Positions 8,965 through 18,010 are shown, counted from the first letter of the stretch. The stretch: DNA of 33,058 nt from Candidatus Methylomirabilia bacterium (GCA_046758965.1 JBHIBG010000024.1:1-33058); one strand, 5' to 3'. Program-made: numbers and translations. Notes: generated by a model from the sequence alone, not told the origin.

Positions 8965-9224
8965 TGCGCCTCCAACTTGTTTCGCTTAGGCCACCGCCGC
9001 GGGTGGCGCCGGGCACCCGGATACCCGTCGAAGACGGAACGTATCCGGGTCGGGGGCGCCCCACGGCGCGGAGCGTACCGCCTCTCAAAAGGCCTGGAAC
9101 TGCGCTCGGACGACAGGTCCTGACGGGCCGCCGAGCCTGCGGCAGCGAGCACCGTGGGGCTGCTCGCCGGGACAGGACCCGCGGCGCGTGCTTCGCTAGG
9201 TCGATTTACTTGGAACAGCACTAG
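8961..9224. mobile_element. MITE-like non-autonomous element with a CTAG at each end
   Basis: Left end CTAGTGCgccTCCAA, right end TTGGAacaGCACTAG (imperfect terminal inverted repeat). No credible ORF, many internal hairpins. Deleting it leaves the permease stop 17 nt from the next ATG with its GAGG RBS intact. Confidence 0.75.
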
Positions 9225-9241
9225 ATGAGGGCGTCAGCGAC

Positions 9242-9970
9242 ATGACGATCGAGAGGAACGAAATCGCGCTCGACGTCCGGGATCTCAGGAAGCACTTCGG
9301 GGGGATCAAGGCCGTCGACGGGTGCAGCTTCCAACTACCCAAGGGAAAGATATCGGGCCTCATCGGCCCGAACGGCTCCGGGAAGACGACGACGTTCAAT
9401 CTCCTGACGGGCGTGCTGGACCTGGACGGCGGCGCGTTTTATTACGACGGCGAAAACCTCGCCGGCCTGAAGCCCCACCAGATCTTCCGGAAAGGGATCA
9501 GCCGCACCTTCCAGATCGTCCGCATCTACCGGGAGATGACCGTCTTCGAGAACATGCTGTCCGTCTCCCGGCTGAGCATTCCCGAGAGAGAAGCCCGCGC
9601 GCGGGCCGAGGAGCTCATGGAGTTCGTCACGCTCTCGAAGCTCCGGGGAGAGTACGGCGGGAACCTCTCCTACGGCCAGCAGAAGCTGCTCGAGTTCGCC
9701 CGCACGCTCATGACCGATCCGGACCTCATCCTCCTGGACGAGCCTGCCGGAGGCGTCAACCCGACCCTGCTCCAGACCCTCCTGGACCACATCCACAAGC
9801 TCCAGGAGCGGGGCAAGACCATCCTGATCATCGAGCACAACATGAACGTGATCATGAACCACTGCGAGAAGATCTTCGTGATGGACTACGGGGTCAAGAT
9901 CGCCGAAGGTCCTCCCGAGGAGATCCGGAGGAACGAACAGGTCATCGAGGCCTACTTCGGACACCGGTGA
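9242..9970 (+). CDS. ABC transporter ATP-binding protein, LivG-like
   Basis: Walker A GPNGSGKTT, SRTFQ, LSYGQQK, LLDEP, EHNM. Confidence 0.93.
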   Translation: MTIERNEIALDVRDLRKHFGGIKAVDGCSFQLPKGKISGLIGPNGSGKTTTFNLLTGVLDLDGGAFYYDGENLAGLKPHQIFRKGISRTFQIVRIYREMTVFENMLSVSRLSIPEREARARAEELMEFVTLSKLRGEYGGNLSYGQQKLLEFARTLMTDPDLILLDEPAGGVNPTLLQTLLDHIHKLQERGKTILIIEHNMNVIMNHCEKIFVMDYGVKIAEGPPEEIRRNEQVIEAYFGHR

Positions 9971-9971
9971 C

Positions 9972-10682
9972 ATGGCACTCCTGGAGCTCAGAAACGTCGA
10001 GGCAGGCTACGGCCGCATCCAGATTCTCCATAAGGTCACCCTTCATGTGAGCGAGCGCGAAGTGGTCTGCGTTATCGGTCCGAACGGCGCGGGCAAGTCC
10101 ACCACATTCAAGGTGATCATGGGGTTCATTACCTACCTCGCGGGCGACATCAGCTTCGAGCGAAAGAACATCGTGGGCCAGAGGCCCGACCAGATTCTCG
10201 TGCGTGGGCTGGGCTACGTCCCTCAGGGGCGGATCGTGTTCAACCAGATGACGGTCCGCGAGAATCTCGAGATGGGCGCCTACATCGAGCGCGACAAGAG
10301 AAAAATCACAGAAGCGATGGACTATGTCTTCTCGCTCTTCCCGCGCCTCGCGGAGCGCCAGAAGCAGCTCGGCGGCACGATGAGCGGCGGTGAGCAGCAG
10401 ATGTTGGCCATGGGCCGCGCCCTGATGACCCGGCCGAAGATGATCATGCTGGACGAGCCTTCGCTGGGCCTGAGCCCCCGGTTCGTCGACGAGGTATTCG
10501 AGAAGATCGTGGATCTGACGAAACAGGGGCTCACCATTATGCTCGTCGAACAGAACGCCGCCCGGGCCCTGGAGATCTCCCACCGCGGGTACGTCCTCGA
10601 GTTGGGCCGGAACCGTTTTGAAGGGTCGGGCGAGGCACTCCTCGCCAACCAAGAGGTGAAGCGGATGTACCTGGGCGGGTAG
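9972..10682 (+). CDS. ABC transporter ATP-binding protein, LivF-like
   Basis: GPNGAGKST, MSGGEQQMLA, LDEPSLGL, VEQN and C-terminal YLGG. Confidence 0.93.
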   Translation: MALLELRNVEAGYGRIQILHKVTLHVSEREVVCVIGPNGAGKSTTFKVIMGFITYLAGDISFERKNIVGQRPDQILVRGLGYVPQGRIVFNQMTVRENLEMGAYIERDKRKITEAMDYVFSLFPRLAERQKQLGGTMSGGEQQMLAMGRALMTRPKMIMLDEPSLGLSPRFVDEVFEKIVDLTKQGLTIMLVEQNAARALEISHRGYVLELGRNRFEGSGEALLANQEVKRMYLGG

Positions 10683-10728
10683 GGGCGCTATTGGGGTCCC
10701 AGGGGGGTCCAGACGCCATCGGGATGGT

Positions 10729-11493
10729 CTACCCCTGGATTGAGTAGCCCCCGTCCACCGGGATCACAGCCCCGCTCACGAAATCCGAGGCCGGGCTCGC
10801 CAGGAAGACGGCGATCCCCGCCAGATCGTCGGGCGCCCCCCAGCGTCCCGCCGGCGTCCGGGCGAGCACGCGGTCGTGAAGTCCCGGGACGTCCTCGCGC
10901 GCCCGGCGCGTGAGGTCGGTGTCGATCCACCCCGGCAGCACCGCGTTGACCTGGATCCGCTCCTTGGTCCAGGCGGAGGCGAGGGCGCGAGTGAGCTGAA
11001 CGATCCCGCCCTTGGACGCGCCGTAGGCGGCCGCGAAAGAGGCGCCGAAGAGCGAAAGCATCGAGCCGACGTTGATGATCTTCCCCCCGCCGGCACTCAC
11101 CAGATGAGGATAGGCCGCCCTGGAGCAGAGAAACGCCGAGGTCAGGTTCGTGTCGAGAATGAGGCGCCACTCGTCGAAGGAGTACTCCTGGGGCGATTTA
11201 CGGATGTTGATCCCGGCATTGTTTACCAGAATGTCGAGCCGACCGAAGTGGACGAGCGTGGCTTCCATCAGCGCGGTCACCGACTCCTCAGAAGCCACGT
11301 CAGCCCCGATGGCGAGGGCCCGCACGCCGAGGGCTTCCAGCTCTCTGATGGCCCGCGCGCTCTTGTCGGGGTTCCGGGCCGCCACCACAAGGTCGGCCCC
11401 GGCGGAGGCCAATCCCCGGGCCATGCCGAGCCCGATCCCGCCGTTACCACCCGTGACAATGGCCACCCGTCCGCTCAGGTCGAAGCGCTTCAT
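10729..11493 (-). CDS. Classical SDR oxidoreductase (KduD / gluconate 5-dehydrogenase-like)
   Basis: RBS AGGAGG before ATG 11493; TGGNGGIG, NNAG, YGASK and PGWIDT motifs. Confidence 0.9.
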   Translation of the reverse strand: MKRFDLSGRVAIVTGGNGGIGLGMARGLASAGADLVVAARNPDKSARAIRELEALGVRALAIGADVASEESVTALMEATLVHFGRLDILVNNAGINIRKSPQEYSFDEWRLILDTNLTSAFLCSRAAYPHLVSAGGGKIINVGSMLSLFGASFAAAYGASKGGIVQLTRALASAWTKERIQVNAVLPGWIDTDLTRRAREDVPGLHDRVLARTPAGRWGAPDDLAGIAVFLASPASDFVSGAVIPVDGGYSIQG

Positions 11494-11531
11494 CTCTCCC
11501 CTCCTTGAATTTGCCGCGACGACGCCCCTGA

Positions 11532-12533
11532 TCAGAAGACCAGCTGCCAGACCCTCGCGACGAGCCAGGCGAGCGCCCCGCAGACGGGAAAGGTGAGGAT
11601 CCAGGCCGTCACAATCCGGCGTCCCACCCCCCAACGGACTGCGGAGACCCGCCGGGTGGCCCCCACACCCATGATGGCGGTATTGATGGTATGAGTCGTG
11701 CTCAAGGGGATCCCCAGCCGCGAGGCGAGTTCGATGGCGAAGGCCGCGGAGGTCTCGGCGGCAAAGCCGTGGACCGACTCAAGCTTGGTCAACCGAAGCC
11801 CCATCGTCCTGATAATCCGCCACCCGCCGACGGCGGTGCCGACTCCCATCGTAACGGCGCAGGTCAGGATGACCCAAAGGGGGACCTGGAACTCGGGGAG
11901 GATTCCGCCGAGGACCAGGGTCAGGGTGAAGGCGCCGATGAACTTCTGGCCGTCGTTCGACCCGTGACTGAACGCCATAAACGCGGCGGACAGGACTTGA
12001 AGCCGGCTGAAGAGCCGCCGCACGGTGCCCGGTCGACTCTTCGCCAGAAGCCAGTAGAGGCCGGTCATGAGGCTCAAGCCCCCAAAAAAGCCGAGAAAGG
12101 TGGAAAACCCGAGGCCGATCAGGACCTTCCGCCAGCCCTCCCAGAGGAGCACCGATGGGCCGGCCGTGGCCAGGCCCGCCCCGGTGAGACCCGCGATGAG
12201 CGCATGGCTCTCGCTGGTCGGAAGCCCGTAGTACCAGGCCGCGGTGCTCCAGACGACGATCGCGATCATGGCGGCTCCCACGGTGGTGACCGTGATGATC
12301 TCGGGACGCACAATCCCCTTGGCGATGGTGGCCGCCACCGCCGTCCCCGACATCGCGCCCAGCGCATTGAGGACCGCCGCCATGACCAGAGCTTGGAAGG
12401 GAGAGAGCGCGCGGGTCGAAACGACGGTGGCGATGGCGTTCGGGGCATCGGTCCATCCGTTGACGAACTCAGCGGCGAGGACCAGAACGAGCACGATAAG
12501 CACGAGAACAACAGGCTCGGTCATGTCGATCAC
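11532..12533 (-). CDS. Inorganic phosphate transporter, PiT family (start 12533 or 12524)
   Basis: NGWTDAPNAIAT, GLPTSESHAL, HGSNDGQK and PLSTTH signature motifs. Confidence 0.92.
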   Translation of the reverse strand: MIDMTEPVVLVLIVLVLVLAAEFVNGWTDAPNAIATVVSTRALSPFQALVMAAVLNALGAMSGTAVAATIAKGIVRPEIITVTTVGAAMIAIVVWSTAAWYYGLPTSESHALIAGLTGAGLATAGPSVLLWEGWRKVLIGLGFSTFLGFFGGLSLMTGLYWLLAKSRPGTVRRLFSRLQVLSAAFMAFSHGSNDGQKFIGAFTLTLVLGGILPEFQVPLWVILTCAVTMGVGTAVGGWRIIRTMGLRLTKLESVHGFAAETSAAFAIELASRLGIPLSTTHTINTAIMGVGATRRVSAVRWGVGRRIVTAWILTFPVCGALAWLVARVWQLVF

Positions 12534-12549
12534 TCAGAACCGTTAGTGG

Positions 12550-13245
12550 TTAGTAGCCGGGGAGGAGCAAGCCAATCACGTATCCTACGCCGGCAGCGCC
12601 CATGGCGATCCCCAGGAACTCGACGCCTGACCGCCACCAGCTCTGTGCCGCCGCGAAAGCCTTCCCCACCCCGATCCCGAAGAGCGCCAGGCACGCCAAC
12701 CCGATCGCCACCCACAGGGAGGTGTACCCGGTGAAGACCAGGTAGGGGATCAGAGGGATGATGGCCCCGACCGCAAACGAGCATCCCATGAGGAGCGCGC
12801 CCGGCAGGGGCACGCGGAGCGTGAGGCTCCCGATCCCCAGGACCTTCTCTCGGAAGGTCTTGAGGAAGGCGTGCCGCTCGTCGCCGAACAGCGCCACGAT
12901 CCGATAGGCCTTGTCACGGGGAAGTCCCTCGGCCTCAAGGGAGTGGAGGAGGGCCTCCTGCGCGAGGTAGGGCTCGCGCTCGAAGCGCTCCGTTTCGGCC
13001 GCCACCTCTCGGTGGAGGACGTCTTGCTCAGCCTTCGTGGAGAGATAGGCGCCGGCCGCCATGGAGAACGCCCCGGCCACCATCTCGACCACGCCACCCA
13101 GGAGGACAACCCGGTTATCGCCGGTCGCGCCGTGGAGCCCGGCGACGAAGCCGACGGTGGAGATCAAGCCGTCCTGCATGCCGAAGACCACCTCGCGGAT
13201 CTGGCTCCTCCACTCGATCCGCCCCTGGCGCCCCTGGGTGGCCAT
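12550..13245 (-). CDS. VIT1/CCC1 family iron/manganese transporter
   Basis: REVVFGMQDGL, AGAFSMAAGAYLSTKAE and GAIIPLIPY motifs. Confidence 0.9.
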   Translation of the reverse strand: MATQGRQGRIEWRSQIREVVFGMQDGLISTVGFVAGLHGATGDNRVVLLGGVVEMVAGAFSMAAGAYLSTKAEQDVLHREVAAETERFEREPYLAQEALLHSLEAEGLPRDKAYRIVALFGDERHAFLKTFREKVLGIGSLTLRVPLPGALLMGCSFAVGAIIPLIPYLVFTGYTSLWVAIGLACLALFGIGVGKAFAAAQSWWRSGVEFLGIAMGAAGVGYVIGLLLPGY

Positions 13246-13247
13246 CG

Positions 13248-13757
13248 TTATGGCCCGGGGGGTTCAGGGTGCCAGTCCGCCGGACACTGCCGGCCTGTCT
13301 GAAGGGCCCGCAGGACTCTGAGGGTCTCCTCCACGCTCCGCCCGACGTTGGCGTGGCTCACTAGCGCGTAGTCCACGATGCCGCCGGGACTCAGGATATA
13401 GGTTCCTCGCTGAGCACGACCAGAATCCTCATCCAGGAGATCGTAGGCCAGGCTGACCTCCCGCGGCTCATCCGAGAGGAGCGGGTACGCAATGCCGCCG
13501 AGCTCCTGGATCCACTTCTGATGAAGCTCCACCGAATCCACGCTCACGCCGAAAACCTCCGCCCCCGAGCCTCGGAACTCTGGGTAGAGGCGGTTGAAGC
13601 CCGTCACCTCGGTAGGGCAGACGAAGGAGAAGTCAGCCGGGTAGAAAAAGAGGACCAGCCAGCGATCCTCGAAATCCGTCAGCCGGAACTGCAGAACGCG
13701 ATCGTGGTGGACGCCTGGCAAGGTGAAGCCGGGCGCGTTGGTTCCGATCCGCAGCAT
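13248..13757 (-). CDS. 2-Cys peroxiredoxin, AhpC/TSA family
   Basis: RBS GGAGGT before ATG 13757; FYPADFSFVCPTE, GRSVEETLR and resolving Cys in CPADW. Confidence 0.92.
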   Translation of the reverse strand: MLRIGTNAPGFTLPGVHHDRVLQFRLTDFEDRWLVLFFYPADFSFVCPTEVTGFNRLYPEFRGSGAEVFGVSVDSVELHQKWIQELGGIAYPLLSDEPREVSLAYDLLDEDSGRAQRGTYILSPGGIVDYALVSHANVGRSVEETLRVLRALQTGRQCPADWHPEPPGP

Positions 13758-13931
13758 GAACAGACCTCCGGGGCACGTCTTGACTTCGAGCAAGCAGCGC
13801 TTGGGAAAAGCCTCAAGCCTGCATGACGGGCTCTGTCCCCGATGCTCGGGACAGTGTAGCCTATGACTCGCTCGAAAGCCATGGTCGATGCCCGCCTCCC
13901 CATTCTCGTTGACAATGACTGGACTTCAAAA

Positions 13932-14214
13932 TAGGGCTGTTCTGGAAATCGTGTGGGTGCGGCCCCCTGCCGGGGTGCCCCGCTCGCTCAGGTCCTCCGC
14001 GCCCCGACGGGCTTGGCTCGCTCGGACGTCTCCACTGGCCCCCCCATCCCCCCGAGGCGGGGGGTCTGTCCTCGCAGCCCAACGTTGTTGGCCTGCTCGG
14101 AGCGCTCCGGCATCCTGCGCTTCGCAGCCCGCTACGGCGCGTGCGGATTCGCTCGGCTGGGGCACCCCCGGCAGGGGCTCTGTTGCGATCCACTCAAAAG
14201 CCGGAAGAGCCCAA
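13932..14214. repeat. Second MITE-like or long fold-back intergenic element
   Basis: Outer imperfect inverted repeat GGGCTGTTCTGG (13934-13945) / CCGGAAGAGCCC (14201-14212). Inner 20-nt inverted repeat 13962-13981 / 14159-14178. No credible ORF. Confidence 0.6.
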
Positions 14215-14337
14215 AGTAGAAAGCGGTGGGCCTAAGAGATGCGGCGTCGCCGTCGGCAGAGACAGACGCATCGCAGCTGAGATGAGCCTGTGCTGAAGGA
14301 GAGGTGTTCGGCAGGGTGCTGGGCCGGGCTGCCGGAA

Positions 14338-14580
14338 TCAGTCAGCGGCGCCGTCGATCAGGCCGACAACGGTGCCGACCGGGACCGTACGGCCCGCGGG
14401 AGCGATGATCTCCGTCACCACGCCTGTCACCTCAGCCTCGATCACGACGTCCGCCTTCTCAGTCTCCACCTCGAGGAGCGGCACCCCCGGACTCACGCGG
14501 TCGCCCACCGCAACCAGCCACACCTTGATATCGCACTCGGTGGTGTCCATCCCGAGCTTCGGGATCCGGATCTCGTGCAC
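14338..14580 (-). CDS. Stand-alone lipoyl/biotinyl carrier domain protein (80 aa)
   Basis: IRIPKLGM...WLVAVGDRV...EVETEKA with the conserved lipoyl Lys. Starts 3 nt after the E1 beta stop. Confidence 0.88.
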   Translation of the reverse strand: MHEIRIPKLGMDTTECDIKVWLVAVGDRVSPGVPLLEVETEKADVVIEAEVTGVVTEIIAPAGRTVPVGTVVGLIDGAAD

Positions 14581-14583
14581 GGC

Positions 14584-15564
14584 TCACGCCCTTGAACCGG
14601 TCAGGATCGCCTGGCACGCAGCCATGAGCCGTTCCCACGCCGGCAGGACGTATGCCTCCAGCGGCGGGCTAAACGGGACAGGGACGTCGGCCCGCGCGAT
14701 TCGACGGATGGGAGCGCGGAGGGATTCCCACGCCTCCTCGGCGATGACAGCGGCCAGCTCGGCGGCAAACCCGCAGGTGCGGTTGGAGTCGTCGAAGAGG
14801 ACGACGCGCCCGGTCTTCCTCACGGAGCCCAGCAGGGTGTTGCGATCCAGCGGCAGGAGGCTCCGCGGGTCCACCACCTCGGCAGACACTCCCTCGGCCG
14901 CCAGCGTCTCGGCCACCTTCAGGGCCTCGGGGACCAGCGGCCCGACCGCGACGATGGTGAGGTCGGTCCCCTCGCGCTTCACCTCGGCCTGGCCCAGAGG
15001 AATCGTGTACTCCTCCTCGGGAACTGGCCCTCTCACCGCCAGGAGCGGCGCGGGGCAGAACACCACGACCGGGTCGTCCTCGCGCACGGCCGCTTTCAGG
15101 AGCCCCTTGGCGTCCCGGGATGTCGACGGCATGACCGCCTTCATCCCCATGTGGAGCAGGAGCGGATAGGGGTGGTCGGAGTGCTGCCCGGCGAGGCCTC
15201 GCCGCGCCCCGGAGGCAACCACCAGATACGTCACGGGGATCGTTCCTTGCCCGCCCATCATGTAGCGCAGCTTCTGAGCCTGATCCACGAGCTGATCGAA
15301 GGCGACGAAGAGGAGCGCGTTGATCTGGTACTCGACGACAGGGCGGAGTCCCGCCATGGCGGAGCCGGTGGCCAAGCCGGTGAAGCCGGCCTCGGAGATC
15401 GGCGTGTCGAAGATTCGGTCCGGGCCGAACTCGTCCACGATCCCTTTGGTGAGGCCCCGGAGGCTGTGGCGGACATCCTCGCCGATGACCACCACACGGG
15501 GATCCCGCCGCATCTCCTCACGGAGAGCCTCAGTCAGCGCCTCGAGATACCGAAGTTGCCGCAT
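14584..15564 (-). CDS. TPP-dependent 2-oxoacid/acetoin dehydrogenase E1 beta subunit (AcoB/PdhB-like)
   Basis: True start MRQLRYLEAL at 15564; GEDV, DTPISEAG, AGLRPVVE and QHS motifs. Confidence 0.92.
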   Translation of the reverse strand: MRQLRYLEALTEALREEMRRDPRVVVIGEDVRHSLRGLTKGIVDEFGPDRIFDTPISEAGFTGLATGSAMAGLRPVVEYQINALLFVAFDQLVDQAQKLRYMMGGQGTIPVTYLVVASGARRGLAGQHSDHPYPLLLHMGMKAVMPSTSRDAKGLLKAAVREDDPVVVFCPAPLLAVRGPVPEEEYTIPLGQAEVKREGTDLTIVAVGPLVPEALKVAETLAAEGVSAEVVDPRSLLPLDRNTLLGSVRKTGRVVLFDDSNRTCGFAAELAAVIAEEAWESLRAPIRRIARADVPVPFSPPLEAYVLPAWERLMAACQAILTGSRA

Positions 15565-15565
15565 C

Positions 15566-16570
15566 TCACCACCCCCTCGCCGGGAGCCCCGGGTGGGGCA
15601 CGGCGTACATCCCCTCGAGCGCCTCCTCCGGGGCCGGGAACGGGCTCTGACGCGCAAAGGTGACGGCATCCTCCAGGCGCGCTTCCACCTCCGCGTCAAC
15701 CTGAGCCGGGTCACCGATCCCCTCCTTGCGGAGCCACTCGGGGAAGGTCGCCAGCGGATCACGCTTGCGCCACTCCGCGATCTCCTCGTCCGTTCGGTAC
15801 TTGATGCCCATCGCCTTCTCGGCCGTGAAGTGCCCCACGAAGCGGTAGGTCCGGCACTCGAGGAGCGTGGGGCCGTCCCTCCGACGGGCCTGCTCGACAG
15901 CGCGGCGCGTCGCCTCGTGGACAGCCAGCACATCCATCCCGTCTACCGTTTCTCCGCGCATCCCGTACCCCGCCGCCCGGTCGGCCAGCCGCTCCACCGC
16001 GGCCATCCGGCTGATGGACGCGCTGATGGCGTAGCCGTTGTTCTCACAGACAAAGACCACGGGAAGCCGCCAGATCGCGGCCAGGTTCATCGCCTCGTGG
16101 ACCACCCCTTGGTTCATGCCGCCATCGCCGAAAAACGCGACGGCAACCCGGTCGCTCCCCCCCAGCTTGGCGGCGAAGGCGGCGCCGCACGCAATCGGGG
16201 CGCCAGCCCCGACGATCCCGTTCGCCCCATAGATCCCGAGCGAGAGATCGGCGATGTGCATGGAGCCTCCCCGGCCCCGGTTATAGCCGGTACTCTTCCC
16301 CATCAGCTCGGCGATCATCCGCCGCGGGTCACCACCCTTGGCCAGGATGTGACCGTGCCCGCGGTGGGTGCTGGTAATCACATCATCGGGGCGCAAGGCG
16401 TGACAGACCCCCGTGGCGACCGCCTCCTCGCCCACGTACTCGTGAGTCACCCCAGGGATCTCGTCCCGGTTCACCAGCTCCACCACGCGCTCCTCGAAGC
16501 GGCGGATCAGTCGCATGGTCCGGTACAGCGCGATCAGCTGCTGCGAATCGAGAGGGTGCTTGCCGGTCAT
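15566..16570 (-). CDS. TPP-dependent 2-oxoacid/acetoin dehydrogenase E1 alpha subunit (AcoA/PdhA-like)
   Basis: RBS GAGGAG before ATG 16570; THRGHGH, GRGGSMH, TPP motif GDG...ENN, and TYRFVGH. Confidence 0.93.
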   Translation of the reverse strand: MTGKHPLDSQQLIALYRTMRLIRRFEERVVELVNRDEIPGVTHEYVGEEAVATGVCHALRPDDVITSTHRGHGHILAKGGDPRRMIAELMGKSTGYNRGRGGSMHIADLSLGIYGANGIVGAGAPIACGAAFAAKLGGSDRVAVAFFGDGGMNQGVVHEAMNLAAIWRLPVVFVCENNGYAISASISRMAAVERLADRAAGYGMRGETVDGMDVLAVHEATRRAVEQARRRDGPTLLECRTYRFVGHFTAEKAMGIKYRTDEEIAEWRKRDPLATFPEWLRKEGIGDPAQVDAEVEARLEDAVTFARQSPFPAPEEALEGMYAVPHPGLPARGW

Positions 16571-16772
16571 CGTCGTCTCCTCGAAGGGCCTGCCGTGGTC
16601 GCGCAAGCCGCTCTCAGTTCAGGAGCCCGACCTCGCGGTAGCGAGGCTCGACACTTCCGGCCGACAGGACGGCTCCAGTCGATGGCGGTACATAAATCCT
16701 GGTTGAGGCGGAGCCATTCTACACCGAACTCTCGCCGACGGGTAGTGGGACGTGATCTCCGATTCCTTTCCG

Positions 16773-16950
16773 CTATGCCCCGGCGACGCGCCGCTGATGG
16801 CCGGCCCAGTAGGACCCGCGCAGCGCGCGCTTGAGCACCTTCCCGGTGGGGTTGCGCGACAGCGCCTCGACGAACTCGACGGAGCCGGGGCGCTCAAAGC
16901 CTCCGAGCTTGCCCCGGCAGAAGTCGATGATCGCCACCTCGGTCGCCGCC
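16773..16950 (-). pseudogene. C-terminal remnant of an AMP-binding acyl-CoA ligase
   Basis: ATEVAIIDFCRGKLGGFERPGSVEFVEALSRNPTGKVLKRALRGSYWAG matches the adenylate-forming enzyme C-terminus (A10 motif P-x-x-x-x-G-K, here with P replaced by S). The upstream part of the gene is absent. Confidence 0.8.
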
Positions 16951-17067
16951 GTGAGCAAGGGCCTCTCCACAATGACGAAGATAATGACCGCCCATGAGAA
17001 GCTGTTCCGCTCTTCAGCTCGCAGAACGAGACCATAGCACGGCGCGGCACGGATTGTGCGCCCCTCG

Positions 17068-17096
17068 TTGACCCCCCGCACGGGAGCGAGTATGAT
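17068..17096 (+). promoter_or_regulatory. sigma70-type promoter of the downstream SDR gene
   Basis: TTGACC-N17-TATGAT. Confidence 0.7.
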
Positions 17097-17224
17097 CCCA
17101 CCTTGCGCCACGGCGCTCGTCGCGGCCACCCGTGGCGACCCCAACGGCTCGTCTCCCGGCGCACTCTTTTCCGTCCATGGCCCCGGGAGCGTGGGGCCAA
17201 TCCTGGCCGGACAAGGAGGAACGC

Positions 17225-18010
17225 ATGGCGGGGTCACCGTTCTCACTAGAGGGAAAGGTCGCGATCGTGACCGGGGGTGGAGTCGGGATCGGGAAGTCCA
17301 TCGCTCTCGAGTTCGCACGGGCCGGGGCCGATGTGGTCATCGCGAGTCGCAAGCTAGAGAACCTGGAGCCGGTTTCAGCCGAGATCCAGCGTCTTGGCCG
17401 ACGCTCGTTCCCGATGGGGTTCGACGTGCGCAACGAGGATCAGGTGCGGGAGTTGGTCGAGCGCACGGTGCGGGAGCTCGGGAAACTCGACATTATGGTG
17501 AGCAACGCCGGCGCCTCCTTCATGGCGCCGCTTGAAAACATCTCCGCCAACGGGTGGAACGCCGTAGTCGCGATCAACCTGAACGGGGTCTTCTTCGGCT
17601 GCAAATGGGCGGGACAGCAGATGATGCGGCAAGGAGGCGGAGTGATCGTGAACGTGGCCTCCATCGCCGGGATCTACGGTTCCACCATGATGCCCCACTA
17701 TGGAGCCGCCAAGGCTGCCGTCATCAACCTGACCCGGACTCTTGGGGCAGCCTGGGCACGCCACAATATCCGCGTCAACTGCATCGCCCCGGGCCCCATC
17801 GAGACCCAAGGGTTCCTGGACAACCTCCACAAGGTAGCCCCGGACCCGGAGGCTGTGTATAAGAACGTTGCCTCCCGGGTCGCCATGGGCCGCTGGGGGA
17901 AAGTCGAAGAGGTCGCCTACCCGTGCCTCTTCCTCGCCGCGGAGGCCTCGTCGTTCATGACGGGCGCCACCATCGTCGTGGATGGCGGCCCGCCTCCGCG
18001 GGAGGGGTGA
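17225..18010 (+). CDS. Classical SDR oxidoreductase (FabG / 2,4-dienoyl-CoA reductase-like)
   Basis: RBS AAGGAGG before ATG 17225; TGGGVGIG, SNAG, YGAAK and APGPI motifs. Confidence 0.9.
   Translation: MAGSPFSLEGKVAIVTGGGVGIGKSIALEFARAGADVVIASRKLENLEPVSAEIQRLGRRSFPMGFDVRNEDQVRELVERTVRELGKLDIMVSNAGASFMAPLENISANGWNAVVAINLNGVFFGCKWAGQQMMRQGGGVIVNVASIAGIYGSTMMPHYGAAKAAVINLTRTLGAAWARHNIRVNCIAPGPIETQGFLDNLHKVAPDPEAVYKNVASRVAMGRWGKVEEVAYPCLFLAAEASSFMTGATIVVDGGPPPREG

Noticed and set aside
13679..13915. Cys-rich minus-strand ORF overlapping the peroxiredoxin start
   Set aside because: No family resemblance and overlaps a well-supported gene in another frame.
16575..16715. TPP riboswitch upstream of the E1 alpha gene
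   Set aside because: Contains CTGAGA and a hairpin but lacks the CCTGAT...AGCGTAGGGA core.
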